Shown in pieces: positions 49,846-60,961 of a stretch of 64,000 nt of DNA. The notes under the pieces are model-generated. The model saw nothing but the letters and a program-made list of their open reading frames with translations. It was not told the origin of the DNA and ran no database searches. The stretch is from contig JBGCGE010000009.1 in NCBI GenBank assembly GCA_045110495.1, positions 6,056 through 70,055 on the forward strand. The letters are read 5' to 3'. How positions within the stretch are numbered: position 1 is the stretch's first letter; every line of letters begins with the position of its first letter. This DNA comes from Gammaproteobacteria bacterium (GTDB lineage: Bacteria; Pseudomonadota; Gammaproteobacteria; CAJXQU01). The position numbers were made by a program, and so were the translations under genes.

Positions 49846-51192
49846 TTAATGGAATTTCAATCTTCTACGAGGTTTACGTGTTATTCGATTTGCTATCGAA
49901 TTTAATAAAGTTCCGACATATCCATGTAAAGATACCTGGTGCATTTTATAGAGTGACTTATAAATAATTCGAGCCATAATTCCTTCCAGCATCACGCTAC
50001 CAGTCCATTTGCCGAGCAAGTTACCCATTAGATTTCCGACGGTTGTATAAGAACTCAAATTCACCAGTGATCCAAAATCCACATACTTATATTCAGGCAG
50101 TTCGCCTCCGTTCAAACGACGCCTCATCGTTTTAACTAACATTGACGCTTGCTGGTGAGCTGACTGCGCTCTTGGGGGAACTATTTCATCTGAACCTGGC
50201 TCAATAGGGCATTGTGCACAATCGCCGAAAGCAAAAATATTTACATCGCGTGTTGTTTGTAATTTAGAACTAACCACCAGCTGATTAATACGATTTGTTT
50301 CCAGGCCATCAATATCTTTCAAGAAATCAGGCGCTTTAATTCCTGCTGCCCAGACTTTGATCTCGGAAGGAATGAATTGACCTCCTTCGGTGAGAAAACC
50401 ATCGGCTGTCGCTTCAACAATTCTTTCGCCTGTTCGAACGTCGACATTGATATTATGTAAGGCATCTACCGTTGCTTGTGACAAACGATCCGGCAATGCG
50501 GGAAGTATCTTATCTGCCGCTTCAATCAGAGAAATTTTTAAATCTCGATCAGGATCAATTTTATCTAAACCGTATGCAACCAGTTCTCGTGTAGATTCAT
50601 GAAGTTCAGCAGAAAGCTCGACACCTGTTGCCCCAGCACCCGCAATGGCAACATGCAATTGTCCATCGCGTAAGGGTTGCGTGGATGTTTGTGCGCTGTA
50701 ACATTTCTTTAGTAGCAAAGAGTGGAATTTTTCTGCTTGTTCGCGTGTATCTAATGAAAAGCAATGTTCAGCCACACCCTTGATTCCAAAGTCATTGGTT
50801 GTACTGCCGACGGCAATAATGAGCGTGTCATAACTAAAGTTACGTCTTGGAATGAACTCCATTCCATCATCGTCTACCGTTGGTGCCAGAGAAACTTCTT
50901 TTTTCTCACGATCAAGACTGTCCATGCGGCCTAGACGAAAAAGAAAATGATTCCAGTTTGCTTGAGCTAAGTATTCAAGATCATCGGCATGCGAATCTAA
51001 AGTCCCGGAAGCAATTTCATGAAGTAGAGGTTTCCAGATATGCGTTAAGGTGCTGTCTATTAGCATCACTTCGGCCTTGTTTTTTTTACCGAATTTTTTA
51101 CCTAATCTTGTCGCAAGTTCAATGCCGCCGGCACCACCACCGACAACAATAATTTTGTGTGGAGACGAAGAGTCTGCAGTGGTCTTTGACAT
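49846..51192 (-). CDS. ndh: Type II NADH:quinone oxidoreductase
   Basis: IIVVGGGAGG, HIWKPLLHE, AGAGATGVELSAE, FAFGDCA, PPRAQSAHQQA; ATG 51192 preferred. Confidence 0.93.
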   Translation of the reverse strand: MSKTTADSSSPHKIIVVGGGAGGIELATRLGKKFGKKNKAEVMLIDSTLTHIWKPLLHEIASGTLDSHADDLEYLAQANWNHFLFRLGRMDSLDREKKEVSLAPTVDDDGMEFIPRRNFSYDTLIIAVGSTTNDFGIKGVAEHCFSLDTREQAEKFHSLLLKKCYSAQTSTQPLRDGQLHVAIAGAGATGVELSAELHESTRELVAYGLDKIDPDRDLKISLIEAADKILPALPDRLSQATVDALHNINVDVRTGERIVEATADGFLTEGGQFIPSEIKVWAAGIKAPDFLKDIDGLETNRINQLVVSSKLQTTRDVNIFAFGDCAQCPIEPGSDEIVPPRAQSAHQQASMLVKTMRRRLNGGELPEYKYVDFGSLVNLSSYTTVGNLMGNLLGKWTGSVMLEGIMARIIYKSLYKMHQVSLHGYVGTLLNSIANRITRKPRRRLKFH

Positions 51193-51264
51193 AATTTGGT
51201 TCTCTGACTGGAAAGGCTCTGTATAATAGCAGAATTGATCCATAAATCACGAAGGAAACAAGCT

Positions 51265-51555
51265 ATGAACAAACAGGAAACGACCGAACTTGAAGCGGCA
51301 GCATTTCGACGACTCGTCGCACATTTTGAAGAAAGAACTGATGTACAGAATATTGATCTCATGAACCTGGCTGGGTTTTGCCGAAATTGTCTTTCAAAAT
51401 GGTACCGTGCGGCTGCCGAAGAACGCGGGCATGAGATGGACTATGAACAAGCCAGAGAGCTTGTTTACGGCATGCCATACAGCGAATGGAAAGAAAAATA
51501 TCAGTTAGAAGCAAGTCCTGAACAATTAAAAGCGTTTAATGAATCGAAGGATTAA
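51265..51555 (+). CDS. DUF1244 family protein
   Basis: LEAAAFRRLV.H...DVQNIDLMNLAGFCRNCLSKWY...YGMPY.EWK. Confidence 0.9.
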   Translation: MNKQETTELEAAAFRRLVAHFEERTDVQNIDLMNLAGFCRNCLSKWYRAAAEERGHEMDYEQARELVYGMPYSEWKEKYQLEASPEQLKAFNESKD

Positions 51556-51622
51556 GCAGTCGTATAATAATAAAAAAGTTATAAATAATCCTGGCTGTTG
51601 GCTAGCGATTTATCAAAAAATA

Positions 51623-52990
51623 ATGAATACCAAAGCCATTTCAATTTGTTTAATTTCATTTTTAACATCATGTGCGGAGTATCAAACTTATACTCCATCA
51701 CCCGTTGATACTGAACAAACTACACGTGAGTATCGTGCGCTGGATATTGATGCACTTGAAATAAAAAACTGGTTAATTGAGAACGGCGAATCTGTTACGG
51801 CATGGCCAAGACAAAGCTGGAATATTGAAAGCCTGGTATTGATCGGAAATTATTTTAGCGCTGATCTGGCAATTGCTAAAGCTGAAGTTGACGTCGCAAA
51901 AGCAGCAGAAATCACGGCAGGACAAAAACCCAATCCTCAAATAGAAATATTTTCAGAACGACATAGTCAGAATCAGAATGCTGTTTCAGCCTGGACAGTA
52001 GGACCAATTTTCAGCTGGATTTATCAGAGACCAGAAAAACGTCAGGCTCGGATTAACTATGCAAAAGCAATGACGGAAGTCGCGCATCTAAAACAGTTTA
52101 TAATTAAATGGAAAATCCGCGATACGATTACCGATCATTATCTGGACGTGGTTGCGGCCAATCAAAAAAAAGCGATGCTGCTCGAAGAAAAAAAGGTACT
52201 TCAAGAAGGCATGGAAGTATTAGAGCAACGTCTCTCATATGGGCAAGCAAGTGATTTTGAAATTAGTAGTTCGCGACTTGAACTTCAGCGATTACGATTA
52301 TTGATCAGTGAAACTGAAGCAGAGCAAGCACGATCAAAAAGCAGGTTGGCTTTGGCTATCAGGCTACCAGCGGACGCACTAAATATTGTCGATTTAAATA
52401 CGGATATATATAAACAACTACCTGTTATAGATATTTATGATCTAAACCTTGAAGTATTACAAGCACGCGCACTAATCGAGCGGCCAGATATTTTGATCAC
52501 CTTGTCCAATTACGTTGTTGCCGAAGCTGATTTGCACCGTGAAATTGAAAATCAGTATTCGGACATTACCTTCACTCCGGGATTCAGATTTGATCAAAAT
52601 GATAATGTATGGGTATTAGCGAGTTCATGGATGTTGCCCTGGAATTCTATTAATGAAGGGCCAATTGCAGAAGCTGAGGCTCGTCGAAAGGTTAAGGAAC
52701 AACAAGTTCTCGCTCATCAAGGTGAAATTTTAGGACAAGTGCACAATGCCCGGATACGTTATGAGACATCATTGAATACACTCAAAGAAGCAGACTCAAT
52801 AATCAGCGAGTTGACTGACAGAGGCACAAAGTTGCAACGGCAATATGATCTTGGTTATAGCGATCGATTGTCTATTATAAGAAATCAGCTTGAAATTTTG
52901 CTCGCAAAGCGGGCTCGTTATATTCTTGAACTTGCTTCCTGGAGAGAGCTGAATAACCTTGAAGATTCGTTAATGTCGAAACTTAATTAA
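51623..52990 (+). CDS. TolC-family outer-membrane efflux lipoprotein
   Basis: Lipobox LTSC after ATG 51623; OEP-type helical repeats; first gene of a tripartite efflux operon. Confidence 0.85.
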   Translation: MNTKAISICLISFLTSCAEYQTYTPSPVDTEQTTREYRALDIDALEIKNWLIENGESVTAWPRQSWNIESLVLIGNYFSADLAIAKAEVDVAKAAEITAGQKPNPQIEIFSERHSQNQNAVSAWTVGPIFSWIYQRPEKRQARINYAKAMTEVAHLKQFIIKWKIRDTITDHYLDVVAANQKKAMLLEEKKVLQEGMEVLEQRLSYGQASDFEISSSRLELQRLRLLISETEAEQARSKSRLALAIRLPADALNIVDLNTDIYKQLPVIDIYDLNLEVLQARALIERPDILITLSNYVVAEADLHREIENQYSDITFTPGFRFDQNDNVWVLASSWMLPWNSINEGPIAEAEARRKVKEQQVLAHQGEILGQVHNARIRYETSLNTLKEADSIISELTDRGTKLQRQYDLGYSDRLSIIRNQLEILLAKRARYILELASWRELNNLEDSLMSKLN

Positions 52991-53003
52991 ATAAAAATAG
53001 AAT

Positions 53004-54152
53004 ATGAAAACAATATTAAAAATAGTTCTATTAATAGTACTAGGATTAGCGGTATATCTCGGAGTCAGGTTTGTTTCTGGAGATCAGGGTTTTGTTGCTG
53101 CATTAGATAAATGGCTTGATCAATTTCAGGAACAGTCTTTAGAAATTGATCATATTGATGAAAGCGAAGAAGAGGAGGGTGACGATGATGATGATGACGT
53201 TCCTTCACGAGTCGAAATTTATAATGGCCTACCTGCAGTTCGTCTCAAAGAAGAGGTAATTACTCGTAGCGGAATAAGAATAGAGTCACTAAAAAGCACA
53301 AGTTATTCGCATGAGCACAGGGCTGTCGGACGAGTTATTGGCTTCCAATCCTTGCTGCAAAAACAAGCCGAATTTAAGCAGTCAAAATCTGAGCTTTTAA
53401 TTGCACAGGAAAGTTTAAATGCAACCGCAAAAGTCTATGAACGTTTACGGTTATTAAACAAAGAGCGCGCTAATGTTTCACTCAGACAAGTCGAAGAAGC
53501 GCGTTTACCATTACTGAAAAGTAAAGCAAAAGTTGCGGCTATTAAACAGAAAATTCAAGCTCTACAAACTCAAACTGTCCATGAGTGGGGTGGAATATTA
53601 GCAAATTGGGCGCTTGCTCCTAACGTGGAAAATGCAGATTATTTTGACCGATTATTACTTGGCCAAGATGTATTACTATTGGTGACACTGCCTTCAGATA
53701 CACTTCGATCAAAAGACAATTCACAGGTTTATATTAATTCAATTTCTGATCGATCTACTGCTCAGAAAGCACAATTAATTTCTACGGCGGCTTATACAGA
53801 TACAACAATTCAGGGAGTGACATATTACTTTCGTACAGCGGCTAAAAATATGCGCATCAATATGCGTTTAAATGTCTGGATGGTTTCACCTGATGAGAAC
53901 GAGAAGGGAGTTTCTATTCCTCTGGCAGCTATCATCTGGTATGCAGGTCAACCCTGGGTGTACGTAAAAGTAACAGACGAATTGTATTCGCGCCGCCCAG
54001 TTTTAAATTATAGAGAAACGGATCAAGGCTGGTTTATTAACCATGATCCAAACAATACTTTTGATCTTAATGAGAAAATTGTTGTTCAAGGTGGGCAACT
54101 CCTTCTATCAGAAGAATTACGTTGGCAAATTCCTGATGAGGATGATGATTAA
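53004..54152 (+). CDS. RND membrane-fusion (periplasmic adaptor) protein
   Basis: N-terminal TM, hairpin, IPLAAIIWYAGQPWVYV...YSRRPV, IVVQGGQLLLSEE. Confidence 0.85.
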   Translation: MKTILKIVLLIVLGLAVYLGVRFVSGDQGFVAALDKWLDQFQEQSLEIDHIDESEEEEGDDDDDDVPSRVEIYNGLPAVRLKEEVITRSGIRIESLKSTSYSHEHRAVGRVIGFQSLLQKQAEFKQSKSELLIAQESLNATAKVYERLRLLNKERANVSLRQVEEARLPLLKSKAKVAAIKQKIQALQTQTVHEWGGILANWALAPNVENADYFDRLLLGQDVLLLVTLPSDTLRSKDNSQVYINSISDRSTAQKAQLISTAAYTDTTIQGVTYYFRTAAKNMRINMRLNVWMVSPDENEKGVSIPLAAIIWYAGQPWVYVKVTDELYSRRPVLNYRETDQGWFINHDPNNTFDLNEKIVVQGGQLLLSEELRWQIPDEDDD

Positions 54153-54157
54153 GAATC

Positions 54158-57100
54158 ATGTTATCTGTTCTGGTTCGTTTTTCGGTTCGCTATTACGGCA
54201 TTGTCATCGCACTGGCAATCTTACTGTTGAGTTATGGCGTTTATCGCTTGTCGAATGCCGGTTTAGATATCTTTCCGGAATTTTCACCTAAGCAGGTTAT
54301 CGTTCAAACTGAATCGTCAGGTTATTCGGCTGAGCAAGTCGAAATTCTGGTTACTCAACCTATTGAGAACGTACTCAGCGGACTTATCGGCTTGAAATAT
54401 CTTCGATCAGAATCTATACAAGGCTTGTCGATTGTTACCGCAACCTTTGAAGAAGATACGGATATTTATTTAAACCGACAAATGGTCAGTGAGCGCCTGT
54501 CCAGCGTCGGATCATCTTTACCTGAAGGCATTGGTACGCCGGTACCTGTGCCGCTCGCTTCCTCTTCCGCAACCATTTTAACGATCGGGGTTCGATCTGA
54601 TTCATTAGACATGATGGATTTGCGTAGCATTGTTGATTGGACAATTGTGCCGCAAATTTTAAGTGTAAATGGTGTTGCGGATGTTAATGTCTTTGGTGGT
54701 GAGATCAAACAATTACAAATTCAAATCTTGCCTGAAAAGTTGAAGCAATTTGGTCTTGGGATAAAAGAAGTTGTAGATGCAGCCAGTCAGTCAACTGCTA
54801 TAAAAGGCGCTGGTTTTATTGAGAACGACAATCAACGGTTTACTATTCAGACCAGTAGTGAATCTGTCCGCGCAGAAGATATTGCTAAAGTCGTCGTCAA
54901 ACGTGAGAGTGGTTTTTCGATCCAATTATCTGATGTTGCAAATGTGCTTGTAGCTCCAGCACCGCGTATAGGTGCCGGAGCAATTATGGGTAAACCCGCT
55001 ATCGTGATGATGATTATTGGTCAATTCGGTGCAAATACGTTAAATGTTTCAAATGCGGTTGAAGCTGTTCTGGAAGATTTGGATTTGGTATTAAGCCAGC
55101 AGGGTGTGACTTTTTATACGCACCTCTTTCGCCCTTCAGATTATATCGAGCGCTCGCTAGATAATATTGTCGAACATCTTTTGATCGGCGGTGCATTCGT
55201 TTTGATCGTGTTATTTATTTTTCTATTTAATATCCGCACCGCATTTATTTCGGCGCTTGCTATCCCACTTTCTTTAATTAGTGCAGCTTTAGTTTTGCTC
55301 GAAAGCGGGGTGAACCTCAATATTATGGTGCTCGGTGGACTTGCAATAGCACTTGGTGAGGTAGTCGATGATGCAATTATTGATACAGAAAATATATTTC
55401 GTCGATTAAGAGAAAATAAATTTGCGGCAGTTCAAAAACCAGTCGCAGATATTGTTTACGAAGCATCGATGGAAGTGCGCGGATCAGTCGTTTATGCAAG
55501 TTTTATCGTTGCATTGGTTTTTGTACCTTTGTTGACACTGAGCGGAGTAGCAGGGCGTTTATTCTCGCCATTGGGCGTGTCGTATATTTTAGCCATTCTA
55601 ACTTCATTATTTGTAGCATTAACGGTTACACCAGCCCTTTGTTATTTATTGCTAGGCAATAGTAAATTACCCGATCGAGATCCACCTTTGATCCGATTGA
55701 TTCATCCAATATACGAGTGGTTTTTAAGATTGTCGACCCGGCTACCAACGCTGACAATAGGTACTGCTATGTTGGTGTGTGTTGCCGGTATAGCGATCAT
55801 TCCTAGCCTTGGATCGCGTTTTTTACCAGAGCTGCGAGAAGGACATTATATTGTTCACACGACGGCAATGCCGGGTACTTCACTTGAACAGTCAATTCAG
55901 GCCGGTAATCGTCTTACTGAAGCCTTTCTTGAAATCCCAGGCGTTAGATCTGTTTCTCAATGGGCTGGCAGGGCAGAGCGTTCTGCCGACACCTATGGTA
56001 GTCACTACAGCGAGTTTGAAGTCGATCTAGAACCACTTTCAGGAAAAGAACAACAAGCAGTGATTGATAGCCTGCGTGAAGCACTAAAAGAATTCCCCGG
56101 TTTGTTATTTGAAGCAAATACTTTTTTGATCGAGCGAGTTGACGAAACGATATCTGGTTATACATCGCCTATCGTCATCAACCTTTATGGAAATGAATTA
56201 GGATTCCTTGATCAAAAAGCACAAGCCGTGATGGAAATCGTACGAAGGATTGAAGGTGCTACCGATGTACAAATGCGTTCAACGCATGGCACACCCGTTT
56301 TACAAGTAAAGTTGAAACACGATCGACTAAATAGTCTTGGTCTAAGGCCAGTTGAGGTAATGGATGCGATCCAGATTGCCTACGAAGGAAGGGTCGTAGG
56401 AAAGAGTTATCAAGGTAATCAAATTATCGATGTAAGCGTTTATGTAGATGGAAGCCTTCAACAGAAGCCAGAAGATTTGGGTAAATTACCATTAAAGACA
56501 GCTGAAGGAGCGATTATTCCTCTTTCTAATGTTGCTACCATTCTACAAACCGCTGGCCGCTACAACATACTTCATCAAGGAGCTCAGCGGATCCAGACGG
56601 TGACCTGTAATGTGCAGAATCGAGATTTAGACAACTTTATGCACGAGCTAAAATCAAAAGTTCTGGCGGGAATTGAATTTGAAGCCGGCGCTTATCCGGA
56701 ATTTACCGGTGCAGCCATAGAACAAGCCAACGCCAGGGAGGATTTGATTTTACATTCTTTAGTTGCTGGAATTGGCGTTCTTATTCTGATTTACATGGCC
56801 GTCGGAAGGGTTCGTGATGTCGTTATTATGCTTTTAAACTTACCATTCTCACTGGTGGGGGGTGTTGTAGCGGTACTTCTGACTGGTGCCACGCTATCAG
56901 TAGGATCAATCGTTGGTTTTGTTACGTTATTTGGAATAACGGTAAGAAATTCGATCATGCTGGTTTCTCATTACCGACACCTGGTTGAAGTTGAGGGAAG
57001 AGATTGGAATATTGATACCTTAGTAAAAGGTGCAAAAGAAAGACTTCCCTCAATTTTAATGACTGCACTCGTCACCGCATTGGCGATGCTGCCAATTGCA

Positions 57101-57238
57101 ATCGATAGCGATAACCCGGGGCGTGAAATCATGGGGCCGATGGCCGCTATTATTATCGGAGGAATGGTTTCTTCGACGATCCTTAACTTACTTATATTGC
57201 CGAGTGTCATATTCCATTTTGGGCGTTTCAAATCTTGA
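54158..57238 (+). CDS. CusA/CzcA-family RND efflux permease
   Basis: LDIFPEFSP, GEVVDDAIIDTENIFR, ILMTALVTALAMLP; 1026 aa. Confidence 0.93.
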   Translation: MLSVLVRFSVRYYGIVIALAILLLSYGVYRLSNAGLDIFPEFSPKQVIVQTESSGYSAEQVEILVTQPIENVLSGLIGLKYLRSESIQGLSIVTATFEEDTDIYLNRQMVSERLSSVGSSLPEGIGTPVPVPLASSSATILTIGVRSDSLDMMDLRSIVDWTIVPQILSVNGVADVNVFGGEIKQLQIQILPEKLKQFGLGIKEVVDAASQSTAIKGAGFIENDNQRFTIQTSSESVRAEDIAKVVVKRESGFSIQLSDVANVLVAPAPRIGAGAIMGKPAIVMMIIGQFGANTLNVSNAVEAVLEDLDLVLSQQGVTFYTHLFRPSDYIERSLDNIVEHLLIGGAFVLIVLFIFLFNIRTAFISALAIPLSLISAALVLLESGVNLNIMVLGGLAIALGEVVDDAIIDTENIFRRLRENKFAAVQKPVADIVYEASMEVRGSVVYASFIVALVFVPLLTLSGVAGRLFSPLGVSYILAILTSLFVALTVTPALCYLLLGNSKLPDRDPPLIRLIHPIYEWFLRLSTRLPTLTIGTAMLVCVAGIAIIPSLGSRFLPELREGHYIVHTTAMPGTSLEQSIQAGNRLTEAFLEIPGVRSVSQWAGRAERSADTYGSHYSEFEVDLEPLSGKEQQAVIDSLREALKEFPGLLFEANTFLIERVDETISGYTSPIVINLYGNELGFLDQKAQAVMEIVRRIEGATDVQMRSTHGTPVLQVKLKHDRLNSLGLRPVEVMDAIQIAYEGRVVGKSYQGNQIIDVSVYVDGSLQQKPEDLGKLPLKTAEGAIIPLSNVATILQTAGRYNILHQGAQRIQTVTCNVQNRDLDNFMHELKSKVLAGIEFEAGAYPEFTGAAIEQANAREDLILHSLVAGIGVLILIYMAVGRVRDVVIMLLNLPFSLVGGVVAVLLTGATLSVGSIVGFVTLFGITVRNSIMLVSHYRHLVEVEGRDWNIDTLVKGAKERLPSILMTALVTALAMLPIAIDSDNPGREIMGPMAAIIIGGMVSSTILNLLILPSVIFHFGRFKS

Positions 57239-57336
57239 ATTTCCAGATGCATGTTTTCAGAAATAAAAAGTGGAGTCTTTTCCACGCCAGAATAGCAGTA
57301 AAGTTGTATCTAACAGGGAATCAAACCCATCGTATT

Positions 57337-58035
57337 TCAGGCTTGGGTCAGGAGCCCATCTTCAAGTTTTAAGACTCGATCCATACGGTGAGCTAATTCA
57401 ATATCGTGGGTGACGATCAATAAGGTTGATTTCATCGTTTGATTTAATTCCATGATCAGATCAAAAACGTGATCAGCCGTTTCTCGATCCAGGTTTCCGG
57501 TTGGTTCATCTGCAAGCAAGCATTTAGGGTTTGTAATCAAAGCTCGGGCAATTGCGGCTCTTTGTCTCTCACCGCCTGAAAGTTCTCCAGGTTTATGATC
57601 TAATCTTTCAGACAGGCCCACTTTTTGAAGAATTGATCTAGATTCTGTTTTTGCAGCTTTAACACTCTTCCCAGAAATTAAGAGAGGCATTGCTACATTT
57701 TCTTCCGCGGTAAATTCGGGCAACAGATGATGAAATTGATAGACAAATCCCAAACTGCGATTTCGGAGTTTGCCACGTTCAGACTCATTCAGATCGTTCA
57801 TCTTTTCACCATCAACGATAACTTCGCCTGATGAAGGTAGATCAAGCCCTCCAAGCAAATGCAATAAGGTACTCTTACCTGAACCGGAAGATCCAATGAT
57901 TGCAACACTCTCGCTAGCTTTTAATTCGAGATTTACGCCTTTTAAGACATCAACATGTAATGGACCTTCTTGAAAAGACATTGTTAGATCGTGACATGCT
58001 AATAGTGCATTTCCATTCCCCATAACATCACTCAT
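57337..58035 (-). CDS. lolD: Lipoprotein-releasing ABC ATPase
   Basis: [38 protein letters not shown]. Confidence 0.96.
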   Translation of the reverse strand: MSDVMGNGNALLACHDLTMSFQEGPLHVDVLKGVNLELKASESVAIIGSSGSGKSTLLHLLGGLDLPSSGEVIVDGEKMNDLNESERGKLRNRSLGFVYQFHHLLPEFTAEENVAMPLLISGKSVKAAKTESRSILQKVGLSERLDHKPGELSGGERQRAAIARALITNPKCLLADEPTGNLDRETADHVFDLIMELNQTMKSTLLIVTHDIELAHRMDRVLKLEDGLLTQA

Positions 58036-59275
58036 AGCGAAGCGCCTCAGCGGGTTGTGTTTTTGCCGCTTTCCATGCCGGGTAAATGGTTGCTAGCAGA
58101 CATAAAATAAAGGCGACTAAACCAATTTTTATCACCTCATCCCATTGTAAATCGGAGGGAACGCCACTAATCACATAAACAGCCGGATCCATCAGGACAG
58201 TATTAAAAGTCTCCTCAATCCAGGGAACTACATTTTTTATATTTAGCGCTAAAACTACGCCTCCGAGAATGCCAAGGAAGGTTCCAATCAAACCTATGAT
58301 TACGCCTTGCACAACAAAGATCCACATGATGCTCCGAGGGGTTATTCCTAGAGTTCGTAGGATAGCGACATCGGCTTGTTTATCGGTCACAACCATCACC
58401 AGGGTTGAGACAATGTTAAATGCAGCAACAGCAATAATCAGTGTCAGAATTACGAACATAACCATTTGCTCTAACTTTATAGCGGCGAAAAAATTCTTGT
58501 GGTATTGAGTCCAGTCAACAACGCCATAACGTCCAGGAAGCTGCTTGACGATTTCACGACTGATAGCTGGGGCGTTGAACATGTCATCGAGTTTAAGACG
58601 AATTCCAGAAACGCCATCTTTAATTTTAAATAGCTTTTTAGCGTCTTCTATATGAATGATCGCCATTGAAGAATCGTATTCATTCATACCAACTTTAAAG
58701 ATACCTGCCACAGTAAACCGTTTTAATCGTGGGACAATACCTGCCGGTGTTGAATTTGGTTGAGGAGCTACTATGGTTACTTTATCACCAACGTTTGCGC
58801 GAAGTGTATTTGCAAGAGCGTAACCCAGGACAATATTAAAACTACCCGGTTTTAGATCGGTTAGTTGGCCTTGCTCCATTTTATCTGCCACCTCAGAAAC
58901 TTCTGGTTCTTTTTCTGGAAGAACACCTCTAATTAACGCACCTTGAACACTCTGTCCATTTGTCAACATAGCCTGAGTTCGTACAAAAGGAGCCGTACCT
59001 AAAACGTGAGGCTGTTGTATTAGAGTATCTTCAAGACTTTCCCAATTTCGTAGTGCTCGTCCTGGTTCTACGATACTGGCGTGAGCTGTCATACCCAAAA
59101 TACGATCTCGAAGTTCTTTTTCAAAACCATTCATAACCGAAAGTACAACAATTAATGCCATTACACCTATTGCGACACCTAGCATTGAAGAAAGAGAGAT
59201 AAAAGAAATAAAGTGATTTCGGCGTTTGGCGCGGGTATATCTCAGGCCAATACTGAGTTCTATGGGTCGAAACAT
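58028..59275 (-). CDS. lolE: Lipoprotein-releasing ABC permease (single LolC/E-type subunit)
   Basis: [17 protein letters not shown]...[18 protein letters not shown]...PAEALRYE. Confidence 0.92.
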   Translation of the reverse strand: MFRPIELSIGLRYTRAKRRNHFISFISLSSMLGVAIGVMALIVVLSVMNGFEKELRDRILGMTAHASIVEPGRALRNWESLEDTLIQQPHVLGTAPFVRTQAMLTNGQSVQGALIRGVLPEKEPEVSEVADKMEQGQLTDLKPGSFNIVLGYALANTLRANVGDKVTIVAPQPNSTPAGIVPRLKRFTVAGIFKVGMNEYDSSMAIIHIEDAKKLFKIKDGVSGIRLKLDDMFNAPAISREIVKQLPGRYGVVDWTQYHKNFFAAIKLEQMVMFVILTLIIAVAAFNIVSTLVMVVTDKQADVAILRTLGITPRSIMWIFVVQGVIIGLIGTFLGILGGVVLALNIKNVVPWIEETFNTVLMDPAVYVISGVPSDLQWDEVIKIGLVAFILCLLATIYPAWKAAKTQPAEALRYE

Positions 59276-59335
59276 GGCTGCATTATAAAGGCGGATCTTG
59301 TGTTTGCCTAATGAAACAAGATAGTCTATTCGCCC

Positions 59336-60004
59336 ATGAAGATATTAGCCTTAGATACATCAACTGAAGCCTGTTCCGTCGCCCTTTGCTACGGAGACAA
59401 AATCATTTCTCGCTATGAGATTGCACCTCAAATGCATACACAATTGATCCTTCCGATGATTGATGAGCTGCTAACAGAATCCAGTCTTGAACCATCACAG
59501 CTTGATGCTCTGGCTTTTGGTCGTGGCCCTGGAGCGTTTACAGGTGTTCGCATAGCGACAGGTATCATTCAGGGAATTGCCTTCGCCGCGGATTTACCAG
59601 TAATTCCTGTTTCGTCATTAGCGGCAATTGCCCAGGGATGTAGGCGAGAACAGGGTGCCGAAAAAGTGATCAGTGCCATCGATGCACGAATGGGGGAAGT
59701 TTACTGGGGTCATTTTCATTTAAAGAGTGAGATAATGGTAGCTTGCTCTGAAGAAGCGGTTTCAAAACCTGATCAAATCTTCAAGCCGGATGGAGAAGGG
59801 TGGTTCGGTGCCGGAAGCGGTTGGGAAAGTTATGGTGAGCAACTTTCAGAAAGTCTGGCGAGTAAAGTATCTGAAAATGTTTCAAATGCATATCCACATG
59901 CTATCGATACGCTTGAACTTGCAAAAGACGCTTTTAATAAAGGTGAAATGATCAGTGCTGAACAAGCTCACCCAGTCTATTTAAGGGATAATGTAACTTC
60001 CTGA
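59336..60004 (+). CDS. tsaB: tRNA t6A biosynthesis protein TsaB
   Basis: ILALDTSTEACSVAL, GPGAFTGVRI, IDARMGEVY, PVYLRD. Confidence 0.96.
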   Translation: MKILALDTSTEACSVALCYGDKIISRYEIAPQMHTQLILPMIDELLTESSLEPSQLDALAFGRGPGAFTGVRIATGIIQGIAFAADLPVIPVSSLAAIAQGCRREQGAEKVISAIDARMGEVYWGHFHLKSEIMVACSEEAVSKPDQIFKPDGEGWFGAGSGWESYGEQLSESLASKVSENVSNAYPHAIDTLELAKDAFNKGEMISAEQAHPVYLRDNVTS

Positions 60005-60768
60005 TCTAAACGATTTACGCCCGTTTCAATGCTTCCATCATCACTTAGTTTGAACCACCGATAACCCGGCATATTTTCTACATCCACCTCAAAGTCTTTA
60101 GCTTTTGGTGTGTATTGAACACAAGTCGATGGTGTTGCATATAACTCGACGCCATTTCTGATCTGAAAAAATTCCTGATGGTTATGTCCCCAGGCGACAC
60201 TTTTAATATGATCGTATTGATCAATCACGGCAAAAAACTCATCCGCGTTTTCCAGCATCATCGAATCCATCCACTCGCTACCAATCAAAATAGGCTGATG
60301 GTGGAGTAAAACTAACACATTCTTATCTTGGCAAGCTTTCAAACCCTTATCTAATTCAGTGAGATCTTCTTTAGTCAGATAACCGCTTTGCGCTTTTGAC
60401 TTACACGTGTTTAATGAAAACACAACCCAATTACCTAAATTAATTTGTAGTCTTACATTGCCATCGAAGACATCCCCCATCAATTTCGGATCATCATGAT
60501 TACCAGGAAGATAATTAATATTTTGATCAAATTCATTTAATAACTTTGAAACAAGTTTGTAAGCTGCTCGTTCGGGTTCCTGCACTAGATCGCCAGTAAC
60601 AAACATATGATCAAAAGTAGGAAATTCCTGCCTGATTTGTTCGATAACTAATCGCAAGGTCAGGGCCGGATTTACGCCATTAAATTCATAGGCTTCATTT
60701 GTAAAGATATGTAAATCTGTAATCTGGATTAATACAAAATTTGCTTGAACTTCGTTGTTGATGTTCAT
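59977..60768 (-). CDS. cpdA: 3',5'-cyclic AMP phosphodiesterase
   Basis: TDLH, TGDL, GNHD, LHH, WGHNHQ, TPSTCVQ, PGYRW. Confidence 0.92.
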   Translation of the reverse strand: MNINNEVQANFVLIQITDLHIFTNEAYEFNGVNPALTLRLVIEQIRQEFPTFDHMFVTGDLVQEPERAAYKLVSKLLNEFDQNINYLPGNHDDPKLMGDVFDGNVRLQINLGNWVVFSLNTCKSKAQSGYLTKEDLTELDKGLKACQDKNVLVLLHHQPILIGSEWMDSMMLENADEFFAVIDQYDHIKSVAWGHNHQEFFQIRNGVELYATPSTCVQYTPKAKDFEVDVENMPGYRWFKLSDDGSIETGVNRLDQEVTLSLK

Positions 60769-60826
60769 TCTAGCTTACTCAGGATAAGGTGATGAAAAGA
60801 TGATAAATATATAATTTACTTACAGC

Positions 60827-60835
60827 TTATCCACA
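60827..60835 (+). promoter_or_regulatory. Perfect DnaA box
   Basis: TTATCCACA; a degenerate copy ATAACCACA follows at 60838. Confidence 0.6.
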
Positions 60836-60864
60836 GGATAACCACATCTAATTAACAAGGCAAC

Positions 60865-60880
60865 ATACTATATGTCGTAG
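60865..60880. promoter_or_regulatory. NrdR-box-like sequence
   Basis: ATACTATATGTCGTAG vs ACACWATATMTWGTGT, 11/16. Confidence 0.4.
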
Positions 60881-60961
60881 TAGTGCTCCTCCTTGACCAC
60901 AGCAGATTGTATGTGTATCTTCAGACTCGTAACTCACCTAACAGTTTCGGAGAAAGGTTTT

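Noticed and set aside
60827-60850. oriC suggested by DnaA boxes
   Set aside because: Only one perfect and one degenerate box, a short intergenic region, and no dnaA/gidA context
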